From IMG/VR virus record IMGVR_UViG_3300043122_000207, positions 32,001-96,000 of that record: 64,000 nt of DNA; one strand, written 5' to 3'. The translations under genes were made by a program, and so were the position numbers. The DNA is from a virus. The stretch's first letter is position 1; every line of letters starts with the position of its first letter. Below, piece after piece: positions 51,208-61,050 of this stretch. Under the pieces are notes generated by a model. That model was not told the DNA's origin and did no database searches. It saw nothing but the letters and a program-made list of their open reading frames with translations.

Positions 51208-52113
51208 ATGGTTTTTATGGAGCCTAAAAAGAAAAATTTTTATATTAACCTAGGACGAGGAGGTGTTAATTATTTAGTAGATTATATAAACACTAATTAC
51301 GATGAGATAACTTTTGAATACTTAGATAATAAATTAAACGAAACGGTTATCACACATGATAAATTGGATTTAGAAAATGTCATAAGTTATTTATCGGATT
51401 ATGATAAATTTATAAACCACTATGGTAATGTGCCAAGGAATACTTTGATGCCTAATTTATCTTCCTTAGAGAACCCTGATATTAGAGCAAGAATAAAAAA
51501 TCTTTTATTATCAGATCTTTTGGGAAAGGTTCATGCTGTTTACAGGGATCTGTTTTTCAAAGGTTTGGAATCGTTCATCTTTGAAATGAAAAGGAAAGGA
51601 AGAGTATCTTGGGCGTATTTATATCACCCAGAGTTTGGAGAGTATTTGGGGGATTATAACTTAGGAGATTTCAAAAGATTTTTACCTAGAATTAAAGAGT
51701 TAATCAATGAGTGGTTCTTTTATATAGAAGGAGCTAGTAATTACCCAGGAACAAGTTACAATCATCCTGATGATTACGAGGTCAATAATCTTGAATTTAA
51801 ATTTATTGTCGATGAATATGCTGGCAAATATTCTGATAATAAAGAAAATTTAATGCATGTTATTAATGAATTGATACACCCAGAATATCTTGATACTTTC
51901 ATAGAGACAAAAAATCTAATTTATTTGGGCTCTGAAAACATGAAAGAAATAATAGATATCTATAGTGAATTTTTAAGATTATTGATTTTTAGTTCTGAAA
52001 CTATCGATTATAAGACACCGCTCAAAAAGGAACTCATGAGAGAGTTTGGGGTTATGGAGATTGGAGATACACAAACTTTCAATCACAATAGGAGAGTGAT
52101 TTATCATGGATAA
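51208..52113 (+). CDS. Hypothetical protein
   Basis: 301 aa ORF with AAGGAG RBS. Confidence 0.8.
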   Translation: MVFMEPKKKNFYINLGRGGVNYLVDYINTNYDEITFEYLDNKLNETVITHDKLDLENVISYLSDYDKFINHYGNVPRNTLMPNLSSLENPDIRARIKNLLLSDLLGKVHAVYRDLFFKGLESFIFEMKRKGRVSWAYLYHPEFGEYLGDYNLGDFKRFLPRIKELINEWFFYIEGASNYPGTSYNHPDDYEVNNLEFKFIVDEYAGKYSDNKENLMHVINELIHPEYLDTFIETKNLIYLGSENMKEIIDIYSEFLRLLIFSSETIDYKTPLKKELMREFGVMEIGDTQTFNHNRRVIYHG

Positions 52114-52204
52114 ATCAAATATTTTACTTGGTGTATTAGCCTTTGTTTATTGTGTATACCTAATAAAGAAAGGTTACTTTGGAGAATCCAGTAAGTGGAA
52201 ATAA
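52106..52204 (+). CDS. 32-aa single-pass membrane protein (not in ORF track)
   Basis: RBS AGGAG; MDKSNILLGVLAFVYCVYLIKKGYFGESSKWK*. Confidence 0.6.
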   Translation: MDKSNILLGVLAFVYCVYLIKKGYFGESSKWK

Positions 52205-52229
52205 CAAAAAATAAAAAGGAGATGTTAAT

Positions 52230-53111
52230 ATGAAATTAAACAATTTAAAGTTAGAGATCAATGGTGAGGTTATCAGTATAGATGAAGCTGAAGTTAGACC
52301 TGAAGAAATAAATAAACTCTGGTCTTTGAATTCAGAAAACTTTAAGGTTGATTTGGGTAATAGACCATTCACACCCAAAGAGGTCCAACAATTATTGAAT
52401 GCAAAATTTAATAAGGAAGTTAACACTGTAACAGAAAAACCAAAGGCCGAAGTTAAGCAGACCAATACGAATACGAATGATAGAAGTGTCGTTGATAAAA
52501 CTGGTGTTATGGTCCCAAGAGAAATAAGAAACACAAATCTTTTGGAATTCTTTGACGGACAGTACACCAAAAAAGAAATAGAATCAATGAACAATGAAGA
52601 GTTGGTCAATGCTTATGAAAAAAAGAAACATATGGTTGAAAATGGATCAACTGAAGATAGCTATGACACAGAAGAAGATGATACTTTAGATATAGGTAAT
52701 ATAATATCTTCAGCAAAAAAGAATAACAAGAAAGAAGAGAAAATGGATTTAGAAAAAATGGATGTTTTAGATATATCATTCTATGATTTTCATAACACTA
52801 TCGAAAACATTTATAAAGGATTAAGAGAAGATTTAAATGTAAGAGAAATCGTATTAGAAAAATTCAATTACGATATGACTCTTGGTATGAGAATAGATAA
52901 CTATGAGGAAATGGAAGATGTTATGGATCCTACTGAAATCAAACAGTTGAAGGAATATGTTTATGAAACACTGATAAACAATATCAATCATGACTTGTTT
53001 GATATGAAAGATTACAGTATATACATCCAAGCACAAGATTCCAATTATGATATGGACTTACAACCGAAATCACAAGTTTTATTTTCCATACTACCATACG
53101 ATGAAGAATAA
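52230..53111 (+). CDS. Acidic hypothetical protein
   Basis: ORF with AAGGAG RBS. Confidence 0.8.
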   Translation: MKLNNLKLEINGEVISIDEAEVRPEEINKLWSLNSENFKVDLGNRPFTPKEVQQLLNAKFNKEVNTVTEKPKAEVKQTNTNTNDRSVVDKTGVMVPREIRNTNLLEFFDGQYTKKEIESMNNEELVNAYEKKKHMVENGSTEDSYDTEEDDTLDIGNIISSAKKNNKKEEKMDLEKMDVLDISFYDFHNTIENIYKGLREDLNVREIVLEKFNYDMTLGMRIDNYEEMEDVMDPTEIKQLKEYVYETLINNINHDLFDMKDYSIYIQAQDSNYDMDLQPKSQVLFSILPYDEE

Positions 53112-53122
53112 TAAAAATAATC

Positions 53123-53152
53123 GCAGGTGTTTAAAACCACCTGCTTTTTTTT
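53123..53152 (+). terminator. Intrinsic terminator abutting an early promoter (53157-53167)
   Basis: GCAGGTG/CACCTGC stem plus T-tract. Confidence 0.85.
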
Positions 53153-53200
53153 ATGATTATATATTATATATGAGAACAGATAAAAATAATTTAAAAGGAG

Positions 53201-53542
53201 TTGATAAATATGGATAATAAACCAAGAGAATATTCTGAGAATGAAATAAGAGAAAATTTTTTAAGAAATGTTTGGTCTATAGTGGACTATTGGAAAAACG
53301 AGGAATTAGAGAATGATACAATGGAAAACCGTATCGAAGGTGTTGTCTTTAGTATTCTAGCTATGTTGGATGGTGCCAACATCAATCTACCCAGCTTCAT
53401 AGTGGCGCCGTCACCACATAAAGATGATAAAGAATACTCTATTAAAAATAACCATAACTATTACCCATATAATGATTCGGATAATATTAAGGGGAATATT
53501 GCTGGGTGTTTACACGAATTGTTTGATAGATATAAAAAATAA
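53201..53542 (+). CDS. Hypothetical protein (early)
   Basis: ORF after the early motif with AAGGAG RBS. Confidence 0.8.
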   Translation: MINMDNKPREYSENEIRENFLRNVWSIVDYWKNEELENDTMENRIEGVVFSILAMLDGANINLPSFIVAPSPHKDDKEYSIKNNHNYYPYNDSDNIKGNIAGCLHELFDRYKK

Positions 53543-53585
53543 ATGTTATCAACAATTGAATAGTCCGAAAATATAAAAATATGAG

Positions 53586-55421
53586 GTGAGGGTTAAGATG
53601 TTAGATATAGTTAATAATGGAGAAGAGATTGTAAGAGAACTTAAATTAAACATAAAAAATTATAAGCAAAAAAAGAAGTTCAGTTTAAATGATAAGGAAT
53701 TTAAATTAACTATCGCTAGAGCGGGTTTAAATGCACTTGTTTTTGATGTATTGCCCAAAGAATTGAGAGTTGAAAAATTCTTATTTTTAAAACCTGGCTC
53801 CAGCAGTAACCTAACAGAATACAAACAAGAAATCATTGATGAGTGTTTTAAACTTGGGAAAACAGTCGATGAAACCAAAGACTTAATATACGATGTTCAA
53901 GAAAAGGTAAATGAATATACATTGATATTTAATTTTAGGTTATCTGTCGATATATCATTATATGATTTTATAAAGATGATGAAAAAGTCTGATAGAATGA
54001 GAGAAATTTTAAGTGGTAATAACTTTAATGAAGAAATGAATGCCTTCGAAATAATGAGAAAGAAGGAGAAGTTATCTAAAGAAATTGAAGATTTTATTTT
54101 AAAAGAGAAGATAGATCCTATGTATACATTTCTTACTGCTGAAGCTGCTATGCGTAAACCACAGTTTCATGATATAGTGGTTGGTGTTGGTATAAGACCA
54201 AATAATAAGGATAGTGTTTACCCATTCCTTATTAATGAAAACTGGCTTAATGGGCTCACTAATAAAGATTCCTTTTGGGCTGAAAACGATTCAGCAAGAA
54301 ATGCTTTGATAATTCAGAAACTGGATATAAGAAAAACTGGTACATTCAACAAACGTTCTACTATGTTGGCTCAACCAAATTATTTAAATCCAGATCCTGA
54401 TTATTGTTGTGACACTATACATTTTGTAGAAGAGAAGATAGAAGATGAAAGGGATTTCCAAAGGTTTATAGATTTGTACCATCAAGTTGATGGTAAACCC
54501 CAATTGATAACAGAAGATGACACACATTTGATTGGAAAGAAGATATTATTAAGACAACCTTATACATGTAACAGTGACGATGGTGTCTGTCACTACTGTA
54601 TAGGTGAGAAATTATATTTTGATAACCTAGAGGGTTACCATGGTGGAGAAAGAAACTTTGGTGTGGCTATCTCTAAAAAGAAAGTTGCCCCAAAAGTTCA
54701 GGGACACCTTTCTGCTAAGCATAACATTGTGGCTAAGTTATTTGATAAAGATGGTAAACCCCTAACAAGGATCAATGGTGAAAAGAACTGGCACGATTAT
54801 TTTGATTTAAAATATATCAATAAGTTAGTTTTTAAAGAAGGGTTCAAAAAGAATATTGATGAAATCAGATTAATTAAAATAAAAGATAAAGGTAAAAGGA
54901 AAGCTAGATTTAGAAGGAAAATGGAAATAAAGATGGAAAACGGAGACACTATGGAATTTAAAACTAACTCTGTATTCTATACTGAAAAACCAAATATAGA
55001 TTATGATACTGGGTTGGTTGATGATATTGAAAAGATTCATATTGAGATTATAAATAATCCGGTGTCCTCTGGTTATCATGAACTTGATAAGGTATTTAAT
55101 AAAAACAACGGTAATATTCAAAAGGCAATGAAAGAATTGAAACACTTAATGAAAAAAGAGAAAGCTATTATCCCTTATCTTTTAATAAGAAACATAATAA
55201 GAAAAGAGGGACAAAATGAAGAGAGACCAGATTATTCAAAGGAAAATCCAAAAGAAGAAATACTAACGATGCAGACTGCTATAAGAAACTTTAAAGAACT
55301 TGGTCTTAAACTCAATATTGGTTTCTTTAAATCTATGCTTTCTGATTTGAGAAATTATGAAAAGACAAAACCTTCTAAATTCGATATACTATTCGAAAGT
55401 AGGAGAAAAGACAAACAATAA
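53586..55421 (+). CDS. rpoC: RNAP beta' C-terminal subunit (putative non-virion RNAP, AR9 gp154-like)
   Basis: SARNAL..QK.DIRKTGTFNKR (bridge helix), CCDT...LRQPYTC...VCHYCIG Zn site, PKVQGHLSAKH (trigger helix). Confidence 0.85.
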   Translation: MRVKMLDIVNNGEEIVRELKLNIKNYKQKKKFSLNDKEFKLTIARAGLNALVFDVLPKELRVEKFLFLKPGSSSNLTEYKQEIIDECFKLGKTVDETKDLIYDVQEKVNEYTLIFNFRLSVDISLYDFIKMMKKSDRMREILSGNNFNEEMNAFEIMRKKEKLSKEIEDFILKEKIDPMYTFLTAEAAMRKPQFHDIVVGVGIRPNNKDSVYPFLINENWLNGLTNKDSFWAENDSARNALIIQKLDIRKTGTFNKRSTMLAQPNYLNPDPDYCCDTIHFVEEKIEDERDFQRFIDLYHQVDGKPQLITEDDTHLIGKKILLRQPYTCNSDDGVCHYCIGEKLYFDNLEGYHGGERNFGVAISKKKVAPKVQGHLSAKHNIVAKLFDKDGKPLTRINGEKNWHDYFDLKYINKLVFKEGFKKNIDEIRLIKIKDKGKRKARFRRKMEIKMENGDTMEFKTNSVFYTEKPNIDYDTGLVDDIEKIHIEIINNPVSSGYHELDKVFNKNNGNIQKAMKELKHLMKKEKAIIPYLLIRNIIRKEGQNEERPDYSKENPKEEILTMQTAIRNFKELGLKLNIGFFKSMLSDLRNYEKTKPSKFDILFESRRKDKQ

Positions 55422-55438
55422 GAAATGGGGTTTTATAA

Positions 55439-55687
55439 ATGCCATACAAAAAGAAAAAAGAATTACCAGACAGTGTAAAAGAGAACTTACCCAAACATGC
55501 ACAGGATGTTTATATAGCAGCATTCAATAGTTCTTTTGATGATAATGGAGATGAAGCTGAATCACACGCTATAGCTTGGTCTGCTGTCAAAAGAATATAT
55601 AAAAAGAATAAGGATGATGATTGGGTTAAAAAATCAAAAAGCAAAAAGATTAAAGAGTCTGTAGAAATATTCATGGATATACCGTAA
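55439..55687 (+). CDS. chaB: ChaB-family protein
   Basis: MPY....LPDSV...LP.HAQD.Y..AFNS...AH..AWSAVKR.Y.K..W. Confidence 0.9.
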   Translation: MPYKKKKELPDSVKENLPKHAQDVYIAAFNSSFDDNGDEAESHAIAWSAVKRIYKKNKDDDWVKKSKSKKIKESVEIFMDIP

Positions 55688-55690
55688 TTT

Positions 55691-55720
55691 AAAACAAGGG
55701 GTAAAACCCTTGTTTTTTTT
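55691..55720 (+). terminator. Intrinsic terminator
   Basis: AAAACAAGGG/CCCTTGTTTT stem. Confidence 0.85.
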
Positions 55721-55789
55721 ATTTAAAATTATGGTGTTGAAACAAGTCTATAGACTTTTAAATGTCTGGAAGGTGGTGAATTATAAACC

Positions 55790-57265
55790 ATGTCAAAAGA
55801 AATGAAAATATTAGAGTATGGTGCAAGTTATAAAATAATAAACCCTAATAAAGGTATAGAAGATCTTTTAGAGAATTTAGAAACTATAGACTATCATACT
55901 AGAGAAAAAGTACCTTTGGGGTATTTTTACAATAGAGAAAAAGATGCCTATTCGGTACCAAAAGGTATAGGTAAGTCTGAACTTTTTAAATATTTGAAAA
56001 CAAATAAAACCCAAATGGGTGGGTTTTTAGATGTGGGGGATAAACTTGGTTTTAAAATGAAAAATAACCCATTTAAAAAACAGTCTAAGATAATCAATAA
56101 TGTTCATGACAATTTTAAAAGAGGAGACACACAAGCTATTGTGGATATGCCAACTGGTAGAGGTAAGACATTTGCTGCCATTTACCTAACCCATAAGCTA
56201 AATAGAAAACCCATTATATTCGTTAAAAACGGTAGACAGTGTAAACAGTGGGCAAAAGGTTTTGTAGAGCATACCCATATAGATGAGGATAGGATATATA
56301 TAGCCAGAGGTAAAACCAGGGTACACTATCTATTTGAAAATGGTGATGACTATGATGTGTTTATAACAACACACAGGACAGTCTCAAACTTTATAAGAGA
56401 TAACGGTTATAAAAAATTAAACCAATGGTTTCTAGCTATGGGTGTTAACCTAAAGATATTTGATGAGTTTGATTTGGCTGTAGAAAATATGTTCAGAATA
56501 GATTGTCATTCCTCTTTTAGATATAACTTATATTTAACAGCTACACCTTTTAAATCTGGATATTACGATAACCAAGTTTTTAAATACGCATTTAATAGAG
56601 TATACCAATTGGGTAAAGATTTATATGCAAATGAAACACCCAATAGAGATGCTCATATCGTATTTTTGAAATCTGATCCAGAGAAAAAGGAGAAGAAAAA
56701 ATGTTACACATATAAAAATACTGGACAAAGGTGGGAACCTTTCTTTGACCCTGATAAATATCACCAGTATATAATTAAAAAGAAAAAAGTTTTAAAAAGC
56801 TTTTTAGATATTCCTTTAAAACACATCAAAAAAGAATTAAAAAATAATCCAGAAAGAAAACATATATTCTTTACTGGTAAAATAGAAAACTGCGAATTAA
56901 TAAAAGGTTTATTGATAAAGGATTATAATATCGATCCCTCGATAATTGGGATATATAATTCTGACGTTGATAAAAAAGAAAAAGATGAAGCTTTAAATAA
57001 ATCGGTAATAATTTCTATCTCTTCTAGTATGGGTAGAGCATTAGATATTAAAAACCTAGAAACACTGGTTGATATGGAAACCTATAGGAGTGCATCTATA
57101 TTTGTGCAGCTAATAGGTCGTGTCGGTCGTGTGGGGGGATTAAGAGGAAGATGGTATAAAATGTTTGATACATCTTTTTATAGAAATTATTTTTATTATA
57201 AAGAATTAAAAAAATATATTCATAGCGAATTCGATGAAGTTGAATATCAAAAATTAGAAAAATAA
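55790..57265 (+). CDS. SF2 DEAD-like helicase (UvsW-like)
   Basis: MPTGRGKT, FDEFD, LTATP, MGRALD, QLIGRVGR; late motif at 55741-55753. Confidence 0.9.
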   Translation: MSKEMKILEYGASYKIINPNKGIEDLLENLETIDYHTREKVPLGYFYNREKDAYSVPKGIGKSELFKYLKTNKTQMGGFLDVGDKLGFKMKNNPFKKQSKIINNVHDNFKRGDTQAIVDMPTGRGKTFAAIYLTHKLNRKPIIFVKNGRQCKQWAKGFVEHTHIDEDRIYIARGKTRVHYLFENGDDYDVFITTHRTVSNFIRDNGYKKLNQWFLAMGVNLKIFDEFDLAVENMFRIDCHSSFRYNLYLTATPFKSGYYDNQVFKYAFNRVYQLGKDLYANETPNRDAHIVFLKSDPEKKEKKKCYTYKNTGQRWEPFFDPDKYHQYIIKKKKVLKSFLDIPLKHIKKELKNNPERKHIFFTGKIENCELIKGLLIKDYNIDPSIIGIYNSDVDKKEKDEALNKSVIISISSSMGRALDIKNLETLVDMETYRSASIFVQLIGRVGRVGGLRGRWYKMFDTSFYRNYFYYKELKKYIHSEFDEVEYQKLEK

Positions 57266-57282
57266 CTTGGAGATGGATATAT

Positions 57283-58119
57283 ATGAAAACTAAATTTGAT
57301 AACATCCATGATTTAGAAAATATAGAAAAGTATTATTTTTTTGCTGATGATATACTTTTTTCTACACAATTTACTCTTCTTTATTCTTTGACAAGTTTCA
57401 TGCTAGATATAGAAAATTTTTTTGAAGCTTTAGAAAATATCGAAGAGTTTAATAATCTATCAGAAGAAGAAAAAAATAAAAGAGACCATGATCCAAACGA
57501 TATTGATATAGAACTGCCAGAAGATGATGATTTGGTAGAACTATTTAAAGACTACGCCAGTGGTGATGATAGGTTAGAAAAAATATATGATCAATGTAGT
57601 GAATTATTAAATGATATAAAGGGGAAACTCGGAATAGAAAACCCTGATGAAATTCATGAGAAAATACTATTGAGAGAGGATGAGGTCTTCATTACTTTAG
57701 AGGACCTCTTTAGTATTTATGATGGGTTTCCGTTACAATTAAAAACTATAACATCCGGTGTATGCGATGGTATGGTGTCGTTTCCCAATCAATTTAAAAA
57801 AACACATAAGATAGTTTTTAAAAACAAACTGGAATATAATATATATAAAAATATTGTCTCACCAGTAAACACTTTGGAATTGGAATACGATATAGTTTTA
57901 GATTTCTTATATATAGATGATTTAGAAGAAGATATATCGGAAGAATTGAAAACAGAAGATGAAGCTTTAATATATATATCAACAGTTGATAAAGAAATAA
58001 TTGAAAAATATTTAGAAGAATATTTTTCAAATGTATTAATACTTCTACCAACCAATTATGGTTTTATAAATAAAGATGATTTCCCCACAAACAGAATACT
58101 AGAAACCGGAGTTTGGTAA
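57283..58119 (+). CDS. Acidic hypothetical protein
   Basis: ORF downstream of the helicase; weak HAD-like motif spacing. Confidence 0.7.
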   Translation: MKTKFDNIHDLENIEKYYFFADDILFSTQFTLLYSLTSFMLDIENFFEALENIEEFNNLSEEEKNKRDHDPNDIDIELPEDDDLVELFKDYASGDDRLEKIYDQCSELLNDIKGKLGIENPDEIHEKILLREDEVFITLEDLFSIYDGFPLQLKTITSGVCDGMVSFPNQFKKTHKIVFKNKLEYNIYKNIVSPVNTLELEYDIVLDFLYIDDLEEDISEELKTEDEALIYISTVDKEIIEKYLEEYFSNVLILLPTNYGFINKDDFPTNRILETGVW

Positions 58120-58178
58120 AAACTATATTGTACAACAAAAATGTAGACAGAAAATTAAATTACTAAGGGAGGAATAAA

Positions 58179-59831
58179 ATGAGTACATTTAAAAACTTCA
58201 ATGCAACAGGAAACGAAATAGACACTAAAGAAAAAATCGGTGAGATTCTAAAAGAGATGAGTGGTATATTAGCTAAATCTTACTCTCCTTTCGGGAGCAG
58301 TTCTATCATTATTGATGAACACAAGGTGACTAAGGATGGTTACAGTATACTGAATTCTTTAAAACCAGAAAGTGAACTTGCAGTCTGGGTCACTAATATG
58401 GTGAGGAGCTTAACAAATAAAACATTATTAACTTCTGGTGATGGTAAGACAACAGCTGTACTTCTTGCTGAGGCACTTTTTGAAAACTTAAATGAAGTCT
58501 TTGAAGAAAGTTACCGTGGCAAAACACCACAAGATTTTATAGGTGATGTGAACGGTTTAGGACATGCTTTAATAGACTCTTTGGATAAAATTAAGTATGT
58601 TCCAGAAAATAAAGAAGAGTTTTTGAATATAGCTTACACTTCTTTAAATAACGATAAAGAATTAACCAATTATGTTAAAGAAGCACTAGAAGTTTTTGAT
58701 GACCCAAAGGATATGAACATAGTCGCATCTATTAATGAAGGGTCTGATAAAATCAAAGTTGATGTTTCAAAAGGTATGGACATTAGGTCTTCTTTAATGT
58801 TTGGTATTGGTAGTGCTTTAAATAATGCCGTACTTAAAGAATGTAAAGTATTTGTGGCTGGAGAAAAAATAGAATCAGTAGAACAAATCGAAAAAATATA
58901 CGATGTCTTAGATTATGTTTCTGATACCAATTCTAAACTCATGTTTATTGCACCAGAATATTCTGCAACAGCAACAAGAAAAATTAAACAAAGATTACAG
59001 AAAATGAATATGGAACAAAAAAATCTGGGTGTATTCTTTTTAAGTGTGGACAGAGGTGGTACCATGGATGGACGAGACCATTATGGAGATGTCATGGCAT
59101 ACCTTGGTACTGTTGTGCTTAATCTACACGATGCTGAAGACTTTATGGATACATTTAAAGAAAACTTCAATAAATTATCGGTCGCTGACATTAAAGTGGG
59201 GACATATAGCACAACTTTCATGATTAAAAAACGAAATAATGACCTACTATACAATGATAGGATTAGTTTGATAGAAAGACAAATGGAAAACGGTAGTCTT
59301 GAAGATAGAAAGAAAGCAACTTATAGATATAATAAAATGACAAGTAAGGTTGCTGATATCAAAGTTGGTGGTAATATTCCAGAAGAAGCTAGAAGGATTT
59401 ATTCTATGTTTATGGATGCCACACTGGCTATGAATTATGCTAAAGAAGGTATTGTGTCTGGTATGAACACAGCAATGATTAAAACAATCAATTCATTTGA
59501 ATATAAAGATGAAGGTATTGCTGAAATCGCAAATGCAATTAAAGATTCCTATAAAAAATTATTTGATGTCATTGTTGATATGTCTAGAAGAGATGTCTCA
59601 GATGATATTGTAGAAGAGATCACTCATTTAGACCCTGAAGATAAAAAGAGCATACTAAAGACATATGATGTTAAAGATGAGGAATTAACTTATACCATAA
59701 CAAATCCTTTCCAATCTGAAAAGGTTATTTTATTAGCGGCATTAGAGATTGTAAAGATTTTTATTACAGCTAATCAGATTATCTTCTCAGATGTGTATGT
59801 TACAAACTATTTCGATAAAACAGGAATGTAG
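58179..59831 (+). CDS. groEL: Phage chaperonin, GroEL-like
   Basis: SYSPFG, VTKDGYSIL, SGDGKTTA, ADIKVGG, FMDA..A; late motif at 58134-58146. Confidence 0.9.
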   Translation: MSTFKNFNATGNEIDTKEKIGEILKEMSGILAKSYSPFGSSSIIIDEHKVTKDGYSILNSLKPESELAVWVTNMVRSLTNKTLLTSGDGKTTAVLLAEALFENLNEVFEESYRGKTPQDFIGDVNGLGHALIDSLDKIKYVPENKEEFLNIAYTSLNNDKELTNYVKEALEVFDDPKDMNIVASINEGSDKIKVDVSKGMDIRSSLMFGIGSALNNAVLKECKVFVAGEKIESVEQIEKIYDVLDYVSDTNSKLMFIAPEYSATATRKIKQRLQKMNMEQKNLGVFFLSVDRGGTMDGRDHYGDVMAYLGTVVLNLHDAEDFMDTFKENFNKLSVADIKVGTYSTTFMIKKRNNDLLYNDRISLIERQMENGSLEDRKKATYRYNKMTSKVADIKVGGNIPEEARRIYSMFMDATLAMNYAKEGIVSGMNTAMIKTINSFEYKDEGIAEIANAIKDSYKKLFDVIVDMSRRDVSDDIVEEITHLDPEDKKSILKTYDVKDEELTYTITNPFQSEKVILLAALEIVKIFITANQIIFSDVYVTNYFDKTGM

Positions 59832-59840
59832 TATATAAAT

Positions 59841-59863
59841 CCCAGGGTGTAAAAACCCTGGGG
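59841..59863 (+). terminator. Hairpin after the chaperonin gene (no T-tract)
   Basis: CCCAGGGT/ACCCTGGG stem. Confidence 0.55.
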
Positions 59864-59885
59864 TAAACTACTATATAAATTATAA

Positions 59886-59898
59886 TTATATATTATAA
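59886..59898 (+). promoter_or_regulatory. Early promoter motif
   Basis: TTATATATTATAA. Confidence 0.7.
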
Positions 59899-59934
59899 AA
59901 GTGAAAGGAAACACTACATAATAAAAAAAGGGAG

Positions 59935-60225
59935 ATGAAGAGAATGAAAAACATAATTATTTTGATAGTCATGGTTAGTTTACTTTTTGGTCTAGGTGGT
60001 ATTGTTTATGAATCTATGTCTTATGAAATAGGTTTTAACGACACTGTTCAGTTTACAGTAGGACCAAATGATACAATTTGGGAGGCATTAAATACTATTA
60101 AGGGTCGAGAAAATATAGATGGACATATGTTGGTTTCCTTAATAAAGGAAATGAATAATTTAGAAAACAGTATGTTGAGAGTCGGACAAACTCTCATCAT
60201 ACCTGAGGAGGTATATAGAAAATAG
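59935..60225 (+). CDS. Membrane-anchored LysM protein, YneA-like
   Basis: N-terminal TM helix, then FTVGPNDTIW...IKEMNNL...LRVGQTLIIP. Confidence 0.8.
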   Translation: MKRMKNIIILIVMVSLLFGLGGIVYESMSYEIGFNDTVQFTVGPNDTIWEALNTIKGRENIDGHMLVSLIKEMNNLENSMLRVGQTLIIPEEVYRK

Positions 60226-60249
60226 GGATTATAATCTCCCTATTTTTTT
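60221..60249 (+). terminator. Intrinsic terminator
   Basis: AATAGGGA/TCCCTATT stem plus T-tract. Confidence 0.8.
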
Positions 60250-60341
60250 GTGAATATTATAAAACTCCCAACATATATATGAAGAGATTTAACATTGAGA
60301 TAGTCGTCGTATTCTACTTTTTATGGGTGGTGAAAAAATAA

Positions 60342-60737
60342 ATGGAACAAACTCAGTTTGATTTTTCTAAAAACTCCAATTTAAAAGAACTGGATGAGGA
60401 TAAAAGAGATAACATACATAGGTGTCTGGTTATTTCTGAGGCAACATCCAATAATCTCGATAATGTTTTAAAAGAAGCTATTGAAGAAGATGACATAAAT
60501 AAAGAGGATAAAAAAGAACTTAAAGAACTTATTAAAATAGTCAATAACTTCTATAGTAAATTGGAGACTTTAAATATCAATTTAGAAAAAAAGAGGAGAG
60601 GGTTAATAAGTTTAGAAATGAAGAAAAAGATATATCATTTCTATATGTCTGGTTTATTTTCACAACACCAGTTAGGTAGAATATTTGGTGTTAGTCAGTC
60701 TACGGTTTCTAGGGTAGTAAAACAACTATCCAAATAA
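60342..60737 (+). CDS. HTH DNA-binding protein
   Basis: C-terminal SQHQLGRIFGVSQSTVSRVV; late motif at 60270-60281. Confidence 0.8.
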   Translation: MEQTQFDFSKNSNLKELDEDKRDNIHRCLVISEATSNNLDNVLKEAIEEDDINKEDKKELKELIKIVNNFYSKLETLNINLEKKRRGLISLEMKKKIYHFYMSGLFSQHQLGRIFGVSQSTVSRVVKQLSK

Positions 60738-60759
60738 TATAAAAATGGAGATGGTTTAG

Positions 60760-61050
60760 ATGAAAACTAAAAACTATATTTTCGATTATTTAACAGATTC
60801 TTTAGGGTTTGGGGGAAAAGAAGACAAATTTAAAGAATACCAGTTAAGAAAGATTGCTAAAGCAGCTAAAGATTTAGACGAAGCCTTTTATGCCTGTGAG
60901 CTACATATTAGCCATGGTTACAGTATACACAAGTTAGAGACCATGTTAATGAATGGTGATAAAGAAGACTATGTGAGTGTCAGTGAAGAATACAAAAAAT
61001 TAACAGAAAATGATAGATACGATGACTTTGAAAAAAAACTTCAAGAATAA
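60760..61050 (+). CDS. Hypothetical protein
   Basis: ORF with GGAG RBS. Confidence 0.75.
   Translation: MKTKNYIFDYLTDSLGFGGKEDKFKEYQLRKIAKAAKDLDEAFYACELHISHGYSIHKLETMLMNGDKEDYVSVSEEYKKLTENDRYDDFEKKLQE

Noticed and set aside
1543-59831. Genome-wide stop-codon reassignment (TAG or TGA) explaining the in-frame stops in the HNH genes
   Set aside because: TAG ends ordinary genes followed by an RBS or terminator (1776, 2076, 11664, 25490, 59831), TGA ends 26775..27506, and standard-code ORFs already tile the window densely.
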